Source: Steroidobacteraceae bacterium
GTDB taxonomy: Bacteria > Pseudomonadota > Gammaproteobacteria > Steroidobacterales > Steroidobacteraceae
NCBI GenBank assembly: GCA_029266835.1
Contig: JAQSWD010000037.1
Span: 944-64,943, forward strand
Length of the DNA: 64,000 bases
Reading direction: 5' to 3'
Under the pieces are notes generated by a model that was not told the DNA's origin, did not search any database, and saw only the letters and a list, made by a program, of their open reading frames with translations. The number at the start of each line of letters is the position of its first letter. Positions within the stretch are counted from its first letter, which is position 1. Positions 44,401 to 48,706 of the stretch are shown one piece after another. The position numbers and the translations under genes are program-made.

Positions 44401-45337
44401 CGCGGAGCAGCAGGCACTCGCGCTCTCGGGCGCACAGCGCTTTTCGCGCAACCTGCAGAACTGCGGCACGTTCTCTCTGGCGGAGACCGCCGGGGACTCG
44501 ACGGGCTGTTGGTGGGGACGCTACGACGACAACCCGTCCTCGCGCGAAGCCGCTGCGGGCTTCCCCTCCGCCCGGCACGACAGCTACAGCATCTCGCAGG
44601 GCATGCAGAAGCCGCGCGACGACGGCTGGGTTATGGGCGTCGGCGTGGACCTGGAGCAGCACCGCTCACAGGGCTTCGACGGGATGTGGACCTCCGAAAG
44701 CAGCTTCGTGCAATTCGGCAGCAGCCTGCGTCGCGATTTCGGTTCGCATGGCGTGGGCGCGACGGTCGCGCTTGGTCACAACGCGCAGGAGGTCACTCGT
44801 CAGCTCGGGGTCACGCAGGTCGCGGAGGCGCAGGGTAATCGCAGCGTGTTCTTCATGAGCAGCATGCTCGACTACACGCGCATCCTCGAGGTGGCGGGCG
44901 TGCGCATCGAACCGGGCATCAACATCGGCTCGTCGCTGCTGCGCTACGGAAAGATGACGGAGCGGGGCGCGGATTCGCAGAACGCCGTGATCCATCACGG
45001 GTCGGAGATCCATCTGTGGGCGGAGCCCGCGGTCGGTGCGCGGTACGACGTGAAGTTCGTGAGCGGTGCATCGCTGCGGCTGTTCGCGCGCGCGGGAGTG
45101 TTGCACTACCTGTCGGGCACGAGCTCGAAGTTGCGGGCGGGACTCGAGGGCGCGCCGGCCGGCGCAACGCCGATGCGCATCGGGTCGAACCTGGATCGTA
45201 CGCATTTCGTCGGCGAAGCGGGATTGCAGTACCGGGCGACGGGCGGGTTCACGCTATCGATGTCGTTCGCGGAACAGCAATCCGAGATTCGCGAGGGTGG
45301 GGCCAGCAGCGTGAGGTTCGTATTGCCATTGCAGTGA
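32423..45337 (+). CDS. Giant type Va autotransporter (about 4304 aa) with a glycine-rich repeat passenger and a C-terminal beta-barrel
   Basis: GTG at 32423 follows GGAG and gives the signal peptide 'VNKPSSKKLPSSQPTFLKSAVALAVAAGLYGAPARAQ'. About 54 'G(I/V)xAQS(I/V)GGGGGNGG' modules follow. The last roughly 300 aa have alternating-hydrophobic beta strands and linker features of an autotransporter barrel. The single frame stays open for 13 kb. Confidence 0.85.
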   Translation: MNKPSSKKLPSSQPTFLKSAVALAVAAGLYGAPARAQIPSPFPSPPAIGSSILNPVTGLMEVVRSHPDLPFGTVRTWEGSYIWYGPTTEDEIFVIPAQAAIPATADYPGQPALSERVVRIDDVTRLDDNDPSTPVEDHLVIGISIVTLSGDPSPTSSIDVVSPIVQSPPPPGRVLVPTPGPGEGGAGYTIPAVPADSVNAIYDPQHGRYGDNGSDGWGFEVCFFGCWTVGDDADPGEAGSAPSAFTQTYDADDLVVANGGQIFATGFEQAGIAVLRRGGDGGQGGDAWGALSAGNGGAAGQGGQIDITSNVDITTTGERGFGIWAQSRAGYGGDGGSGYIFSGSGSGGPAALAGNASATNNGDIITRGEGAIGLYVQSIGGGGGNGGDSYGIVGDGGWASEGGDGRTATAINNGTIQTGRIDFNSQGVLDNMGQAAHGVFAQSVGGSGGNAGDGGGITGLGGTGATGGDGALAHAINGANAGITTIGHASHGLYAQSVGGGGGDGGSGAGIVGVGGGGAGGGDGGEARAENRAGATILTAGDGAFGILAQSVGGGGGNGGNSGGIVGIGGGGTSGGQGGAANVDNSGSVTTLGDYSHGVVAQSIGGGGGTGGNGDGLVGLGGGSNSLTPNHGGLVRIENFLGSSIRTEGQSSYGVLAQSIGGGGGSGAGSGGLVTVGGSGGAGGNGNDVTVVSRAAIETLGADGKGIVAQSIGGGGGSASASTGAVELGGEGAGGGNGRLVIVENHGSISTIGRGADGIFAQSIGGGGGNGASSSGVVALGGSGAGGGNGGAVNVSNYSTIYTQGARARGIMAESVGGGGGSGGEGDGLVAIGGSGGAGGGAGVGTPNIAGDLTVVNAGEILTAGAVSAAIEARSVGGGGGSGGSAGSTVPGGIVIGGTGGDGGRAGFVDVTNNRDLETFGDDSHGIFAQAVGGGGGNGGNTTSISLFSGASLGASGGDGGDGNRVWIRGNSLAGVTPTIETHGDRAKGIFAQSVGGGGGNGGFAIQGTIGLGLGASVSTAVGGAGGGGGAGARVDVLASQALRTAGEDADGILAQSIGGGGGNGGFAMSYSAGSGPVASGAVAASIGGRGGAGGNGGFVRVDAGGSILTTGALSDGLIAQSIGGGGGSGGYSIAFAASGAGAAAGSVSVAIGGTGGDGGAAGEVDVDYAGDITTADNDSVGVIAQAVGGGGGTGGYTISGSLAGAGGAAGAVAVGVGGAGGGGGGGGVVSSSLTGNLTTLGDRSTGMIVQSVGGRGGSGGFNISGAISGAGGGAAAVSVGVGGSGGGGGNGNSATGTLLGNAMTLGADADAVLVQSVGGGGGNGGFNVSGSIGGAGGGAAGLAVGVGGAGGGAGDGLAATGSVTGNLSTAGDGSNAFVTQSIGGGGGNGGFNAGGGISGGGGGAGAVSVGVGGAGGGGGAGGIVSATLVGSAQTRGDNATAIVAQSIGGGGGNGGFNATGSIAGAGGGAGAVSVGVGGSGGAGGGALQTTLTVTGDDGSGGILAQSVGGGGGNGGFNATAAISAAGAGAGSVAVGVGGAGGTGAHVGGVVTATVTGNIVTRGVNATGMTAQSIGGGGGNGGFNASAAISGAGTGAGAVAVGVGGSAGGAGSGGDVVGTLTGDLETTGDGSDGIVVQSIGGGGGNGGFTADGAISAAGAGAGSVSVGVGGSGAGAGNGGIVTANVTGNVVTTGENASSIVAQSIGGGGGNGGFAAGGGISGAGTGAGSVAVGVGGSGGAGGTGNEVRAVVSGNATTLGENSTAVVVQSLGGGGGTGGMSVVGTLSGGGTGAGSVSVGLGGAGGGGGFAGLTTLDLTGDVGTAGDGAGGVLVQSVGGGGGSGAMSVVGALAGGGQGAGAVAVGVGGSGGLGGDGAVVEAAVTGNVSTRGDRATAFIAQSLGGGGGNGGMNVTGAMAAAGRGAGSVAVGVGGVGGGGGDGFGVTARHTGILITLGADSHGALFQSIGGGGGNGGMNVTAGLTAAGDGAGTLAVGVGGAGGDGGDAGFVTGTVTGNASTLGDGSFGVLMQSVGGGGGNGAMNITGAVSLSKGPNGSMGVGVGGFGGAGGDAGAVEGTVDGEVATHGRGAIGVLAQSVGGGGGNGGMNITGAMSIAKETNAAAALGVGGFGGGGGDSALVTLTRIGTTQTIGANSDGVVAQSIGGGGGNGGINISSSLSGSTQGSAFSLAGGVGGFGGDGGEGRNVTATVTGDVLATGFGALAYEHEDGVHRRRIADGSNGVLAQSIGGSGGNGGMNISGGIALDGSNGSSHSLSLGVGGFAGGGGDAGEVRLTVDASRVFAVGDHRFGIGAQSVGGGGGSGGMNIAGGIAMDGVLSAGVGGFGGDGGVARAVTATANTGIDVIGAHSIGFMAQSIGGGGGTGGVNISGAIQANSQSDRPTVTFGLGGAGGAGNVSGTVNATQHGDILVMGNQSIGVLAQSVAGGGGAGAMNITGNIARGTGYNATVAIGGQGGAGADAARVELRSDGDVTVDGREVNFSGVIAPNGDTIVAGIGGSGGGGGHAGAVFVERGAREAGIIETFGARANGLTAQSIGGGGGNGGINFTQSLADDDGDTLNFGVGGDGAAPGHGQQVDVRHTGDILTHGNRSAGLLAQSVGGGGGNADLNIATAHGGDTGVNIGIGGNTGPGGDGGDVDVRHTGDISTSGHFSHALMAQSVGGGGGSAGTDFVSGDASDLAFQLGRRGGTGGDGGDVHVESAGTLTTVGDRSVGIRAQSVGLGGGESSSTSGEISGGDEDDDSDWAVSLELGISGSTGGVAGDVDVRAGGSISTQGLESHGIHAQSQGGGGGDGGAIERQPAATASHQVQVAIGGGGGSGGIAGAVLVDSDADIETDGDRSHGIFAQSVGGGGGNGGYTAAVDLEDGDDDSGGNTIAVSLGGDGGTGSIASTVDVTNRGDILTRGRESHGINAESTGGGGGAGGAVLSIGNSSGATTRALTVNIGGSGGEGGVSDDVTVINEGVIATLGDNASGIRAKSIGGKGGDAGLMLSLGVQNVGPNQSATRLTVNVGGDGGTGGVAGDVAVVNRARTGVADSGVIATAGRESHGIFAQSLGGGGGNGSSIITSNLGASNGGQLTLIDLAFGGRGGNGSQSGTVTVTNDSLIDTSGEKAHGIFAQSIGGGGGNGGLVLAANAVLASGDVPNEAMVTIGGEGGTGDDAGDVTINNSGRIVTRGDRAHGIFAQSIGGGGGNAGLGFGLSTNPGSMVIAGALSAAFGGRGGEGGLGGHVTVTHTGDITVLGRGSQAVVAESINGGGGHVTFDLNGVATLPGVPDNVYNVIPLPSGIDAADPRLVFSGGGASQQNSNAGNVTLNYTGTFGVAGDNGAANAVQAIGGGGGTFDLSIDLLDVEGAVDDVDVDGRLGGIDGRNNRGGDVSSAHDGDLVTEGDNTQGALVQSIGGGGGRANLDLTSNHDSIGAAAISLGGRNGTNEEGGNIQHTQNGSVATLGESAHGGVFQSIGGGGGSLSLMAGGADSPAPDAASVSKLEDGTGHGNPTRQALNMIVPQLTFGADGGTRLEGGDVGVMLDGDVHTQGNNAVGMIFQSVGAGGGIASVLGVDGLGVALGGSNGATGDGGSLGVTNTGDVSTQGRRAHGVFLQSIGGGGSAVFTDSPEATVTLAAGNTGSGGAISFAQNGTIATSGERAYGVFAQSVGGGGGYVDDVFAGSAGGAGSAGNIDLTLNGDIVALGDFSTAVFAQSSGSGGLGGNITATLAAGNGLLGGANGNAVHFDGGALNRFTNRGNVATLSGIEGFAFRGGAGGDIIDNFGVTVGNVDLGAGANAFVNNAGATFYTGTTLNLGSPANVFRNDGTIAPGDAALAVETRLGGSYLQTPTGVANMEIDFARREGDRITATGTAEVSGTVNFSLLNTQFIRPGLQFQPLFTASDGARDRGVAFNPQRSIVIDYRLINQNPNALGVQYDVDFNADGLTGNRREVGDYLNRVQSAGGPGALGDTISTAVLHTDLDAYASMLTQLGTEFYAEQQALALSGAQRFSRNLQNCGTFSLAETAGDSTGCWWGRYDDNPSSREAAAGFPSARHDSYSISQGMQKPRDDGWVMGVGVDLEQHRSQGFDGMWTSESSFVQFGSSLRRDFGSHGVGATVALGHNAQEVTRQLGVTQVAEAQGNRSVFFMSSMLDYTRILEVAGVRIEPGINIGSSLLRYGKMTERGADSQNAVIHHGSEIHLWAEPAVGARYDVKFVSGASLRLFARAGVLHYLSGTSSKLRAGLEGAPAGATPMRIGSNLDRTHFVGEAGLQYRATGGFTLSMSFAEQQSEIREGGASSVRFVLPLQ
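33390..43580 (+). repeat. Intragenic array of about 54 Gly-rich modules (55-70 aa each) within the autotransporter
   Basis: The DNA core GCGCAGAGCATCGGCGGCGGCGGCGGCAACGGCGGC recurs with variation. The most regular part is about 35.9-38.7 kb, with a period of roughly 66-70 aa ('..VTGN..T.G......AQSIGGGGGNGGFN..G.ISGAG.GAG.V.VGVGG.G..'). Confidence 0.85.
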
Positions 45338-45531
45338 GGCGTTCCGCCACATGGGTTGCGGCCCTATTTTCTGGGCACCGAGCTATCGGCAAAGCCTTCA
45401 AAGAAGCGCTGCTGATCATGACCCAGCCACTCGCCGAGCAGTGGTTCGGCGAGAGCACGGTGACAGTGAGGATTCTCGGCAACGGGCGCCCGCGGCAAAT
45501 GATTGATTACCAAGGGTCGTTACATCGTTCG

Positions 45532-45582
45532 ACGGCACTCATAAGTCCGGGGTCGAGGGTTCGATCCCCTCCCTTTCCACCA
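45532..45582 (+). repeat. Degenerate copy of the 3' 51 nt of tRNA-Met (att-like junction between E1 and E2)
   Basis: ACGGCACTCATAAGTCCGGGGTCGAGGGTTCGATCCCCTCCCTTTCCACCA has 3 mismatches to 29207-29257. The following roughly 35 nt also match the sequence after the intact tRNA. Confidence 0.8.
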
Positions 45583-45706
45583 ATTTCTTCAGGGTCCGTT
45601 CCGGACACATCTGTAACAACCGCCGGACCTTTCATGAGCCGCTTCGCTGCCAGTGCTCTCGGAGAGAGTTGTTAGGTGCGAGCCGGCGTGAGCATGGGGC
45701 GCTACG

Positions 45707-48703
45707 GTGAATGCGCCCCCGGACTGGCGGCCGCTAATCCTTATTAATAGTCTGGAGCCAGATCGACCCTCCGCAGTAGAGTGCCATCTTCCGCAATCAA
45801 CACCAGTTGCACCACAGTCGTGCACGGGTTTTCTGCATCCACATCCAGGAACCGTCTTGCCCAAACCGGTGCAGATCAGCGAGCAGCCACTGGCCTTCGG
45901 CGGTTTCCAGCTTTTCCGCGAGCGCAAAATCCTGCTCGAAGACCTGCGTCCCGTGCGCATCGGCAGCCGCGCGCTCGAGCTGCTCATCGCGCTGGTGGAA
46001 CGCGCCGGCGAAATCGTGGGTAAGAACGAGCTGATGGCGTACGTCTGGCCCGACACGGTGGTCGAAGAGAACAACCTGCGCGTGCACATCGCGGCCCTGC
46101 GCAAGCTGCTGGGCGACGGACAGGGGGGCGCGCGGTTCATCCTCAATGTGGCCGGCCGCGGTTACTCGTTCGTCGCGCCCGTCACGCGGCTCAGTGATTC
46201 GCGTGCGGTGCGTCCGCCCATGCAACCCTCCGGCGCATTGCCCGTGGCACTCACGCGCGTGGTGGGCCGCGAACCGGTCATCCGGTCGGTGCTCTCGCTT
46301 GTGCAGAAGCGTCGGCTCATCAGCATCATCGGCCCGGCGGGTATCGGCAAGACCACCGTGGCCCTCGCGGTGGCGGATCGCGTCACCGGCGACGGGCAGC
46401 TGCGCGTCTGCTTCGCGGACCTCGCGACGATCAGCGATCCGCTGCTCGTGGTGTCGGTCATCGCAGATGCGACGGGCGTCGCGGCCGCCACGGAAGATCC
46501 GCTCGGCATGCTCGCGGGCTCGCTGCGCGATGCCCATCTCCTGCTGCTGCTCGACAACTGCGAGCACGTCATCGAAACGGTGGCCAAGGTCGTGGAGAGG
46601 CTGCTGCGTGCCGCGCCCGGAATCACGATCGTCGCCACGAGCCGCGAGCGCCTCATGGCCGACGGTGAACACGTGCTGTCGCTGGGCCCGCTGGAGTTCC
46701 CGCCGGCGTCGCGCAACATCACGGCGGAGCAGGCGCTGCAGTTCCCGGCCGTGCAACTCTTCGTCGAGCGGGCGGTAAACGCGCTCGATACGTTCCGCAT
46801 CGACGACTCCAACGCCACCCTGATCGCCGGCATCTGCCAGCGTCTCGACGGTATCCCGCTGGCCGTGGAGCTCGTGGCCGCGCGCGTCGGCACGCTCGGA
46901 CTCGAAGTGCTCGGAGAATCCCTCGATCAGAGCCTGCTGGTGCTCTCGAAAGGTCGACGCACCGCCAATGGGCGTCATCAATCGTTGAGCGCGACGCTGC
47001 AGTGGAGCTACCGGTTGCTGTCGCCCGCGGAGCAGATGGTATTGCGCCGGCTGGCTACCTTCAGCGGATCCTTCACGAGCGAAGCGGCGCTGGCCGTCGC
47101 CGCGGATGTCGACGTCACCGCGGATGAGGTACACGGCGCGCTCATGGTGCTCGCGCAACGCTCACTGTTGATCACGGAAGTCGGCGGCGCCGAGGTGCGC
47201 TACCGGCTGCTGTACGTGACGCGCATGTTCGCGGTCGCGCAACTCGAGTCCTGTGACGAGGCCGCGAGCACCCGGCGGCGTCACGCCGCCTATCACCTGA
47301 CGATAATGGAAGCGGCCGCGGAGAGCTGGGAAAAGCTCGATCGTACCGGCTGGCTGCAGCGCCACGGTGCCGAGCTGGAAGACCTGCGTGCGGCGTTGCA
47401 TTGGTGCTTCGGTGCGGGCGGCGACATCCACATCGGAGCGCCATTGTTCGTGGCGTCGTTGCCGTTCGGCGTGCAACTTTCGCTGCACGACTTCGAGCGT
47501 CGCGCCCATCTGACTCTCGAGGTCCTGCGCAAGCAGGGCCCGCAGCTCCTCGCAGAGCTCCAGGTGCACACGGCGCTGGCCAGCCTCATGCTGCAACTGG
47601 GCGGTCGTGAAGAGTCGCTGCACCTGCACGTGGGACGCATGCAGGCGCTGGCCGATCGCACCGGTCTCATCAAACTGATGGTCGAGCCCATGGCGGCGCG
47701 CGCGGTGGTGGCATTGGAGCGCGTCGATTTTGCCGAGGCGATCCGCCAGGTGGACATCCTGCAGGAAATCTCGCGCGGGGCCGACGACGCGTTCGCGGTG
47801 CTCGTCGCCGATCGCGTGAGCGCACAGGTCTTCCACTGGGCGGGGGACCACGCGCGCGCACGGCCGCGCGCCGAGCGCGTGCTGCGTCATCCGGCCAGGT
47901 CGATTCCGCTCGCCTACGGCGCGACCGCCGTGGATCGGCGCGTTTCGATGCGCGTGGTGCTCGCGCGCATCGCCTGGCTGGAAGGCCGCGGTGAAGAGGC
48001 GCAGCAGATCTGCGACGAAGCGCTGGAGTACGCGCAAGCCGACGCGCCCGGATCCGTCTGCCAGACGCTGGCATTTGCCAGCTGCCCTGTGGCCCTGTGG
48101 CGCGGCGATCGCGCGCGCGCGCGCGCGGCTATCGATGCACTACTCGAGTGCGCGCAACGCTACCAGTTCATGCGCTGGTATCGCATGGCGCTGTGCTTCC
48201 AGCAGGCGCTCGAGCCGTCCATGCCTCGCGGCGAGGCCCGTGATCCCGGCTCCGCATCGACCGTCGACGGAAAGCCGCTCAGTCTGTTGTGCCAGGACCT
48301 GCTCGCCACCATCGGCGCGCGCTGGTTCCACATCGACATGACGGCGCGCGCGACCTCGGGCCGCGCCGGCTGGTGCACCGCCGAGCTGCTGCGCCTGACG
48401 GGTGATCGATTGCTCGACGTGGCGCAGGCGGAGGAGCGCGAGGCGGCCGCGCGCGGAGCCGAGTTGCGTTATCTCGAGGCGTTGCAATGCGCGCGCGCCC
48501 AGCAGGCACTGGCCTGGGAACTGCGTGCCGCCACCAGCCTCGCGCGGGTGCGCCTGCACACGGGCGAGCCAGAAACCGCGCTCGAGGCGCTAGAATCCCT
48601 GTGCGAAAGATTCCTCGCCACGGACCAATCCGCCGACGTGCTCGCCGCACGGCAGCTGCTGGCCGGACAGGGACTGCCGCGGCGTATCCACTCCATCGGG
48701 TAA
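45707..48703 (+). CDS. STAND-type regulator: OmpR/CadC-like winged-HTH + NB-ARC-like P-loop NTPase + TPR-like helical C-terminus (paralog 1)
   Basis: wHTH ('RIGSRALELL.ALVERAGE.V.K.EL...VWPD..VEENNLRVHI..LRK'). Walker A 'GPAGIGKTT', Walker B 'LLLLDNCEH', 'VATSRE' and 'GIPLAVEL' (GxP) match NB-ARC order. The true start is probably later (TTG 45857 or GTG 45869), judged by alignment with paralog 2. Confidence 0.8.
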   Translation: MNAPPDWRPLILINSLEPDRPSAVECHLPQSTPVAPQSCTGFLHPHPGTVLPKPVQISEQPLAFGGFQLFRERKILLEDLRPVRIGSRALELLIALVERAGEIVGKNELMAYVWPDTVVEENNLRVHIAALRKLLGDGQGGARFILNVAGRGYSFVAPVTRLSDSRAVRPPMQPSGALPVALTRVVGREPVIRSVLSLVQKRRLISIIGPAGIGKTTVALAVADRVTGDGQLRVCFADLATISDPLLVVSVIADATGVAAATEDPLGMLAGSLRDAHLLLLLDNCEHVIETVAKVVERLLRAAPGITIVATSRERLMADGEHVLSLGPLEFPPASRNITAEQALQFPAVQLFVERAVNALDTFRIDDSNATLIAGICQRLDGIPLAVELVAARVGTLGLEVLGESLDQSLLVLSKGRRTANGRHQSLSATLQWSYRLLSPAEQMVLRRLATFSGSFTSEAALAVAADVDVTADEVHGALMVLAQRSLLITEVGGAEVRYRLLYVTRMFAVAQLESCDEAASTRRRHAAYHLTIMEAAAESWEKLDRTGWLQRHGAELEDLRAALHWCFGAGGDIHIGAPLFVASLPFGVQLSLHDFERRAHLTLEVLRKQGPQLLAELQVHTALASLMLQLGGREESLHLHVGRMQALADRTGLIKLMVEPMAARAVVALERVDFAEAIRQVDILQEISRGADDAFAVLVADRVSAQVFHWAGDHARARPRAERVLRHPARSIPLAYGATAVDRRVSMRVVLARIAWLEGRGEEAQQICDEALEYAQADAPGSVCQTLAFASCPVALWRGDRARARAAIDALLECAQRYQFMRWYRMALCFQQALEPSMPRGEARDPGSASTVDGKPLSLLCQDLLATIGARWFHIDMTARATSGRAGWCTAELLRLTGDRLLDVAQAEEREAAARGAELRYLEALQCARAQQALAWELRAATSLARVRLHTGEPETALEALESLCERFLATDQSADVLAARQLLAGQGLPRRIHSIG

Positions 48704-48706
48704 CAC

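Larger units (their letters stand above)
29258..45582. mobile_element. Putative genomic island E1 (about 16.3 kb), integrase-less, bounded by tRNA-Met and a degenerate 51-nt copy of its 3' half
   Basis: Direct repeats are at 29207-29257 and 45532-45582 (3 mismatches). The end sequences are homologous to those of E2. Cargo is a hybrid HK, a LuxR response regulator and a giant autotransporter. Confidence 0.55.

Noticed and set aside
45418-45546. Small ORF ('MTQPLAEQWFGESTVTVRILGNG...') at the right end of E1, running into the partial tRNA copy
   Set aside because: It has no ribosome-binding site. It overlaps the att-like arm and the tRNA fragment. Its counterpart at the right end of E2 does not preserve a reading frame. 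It is most likely non-coding arm sequence.
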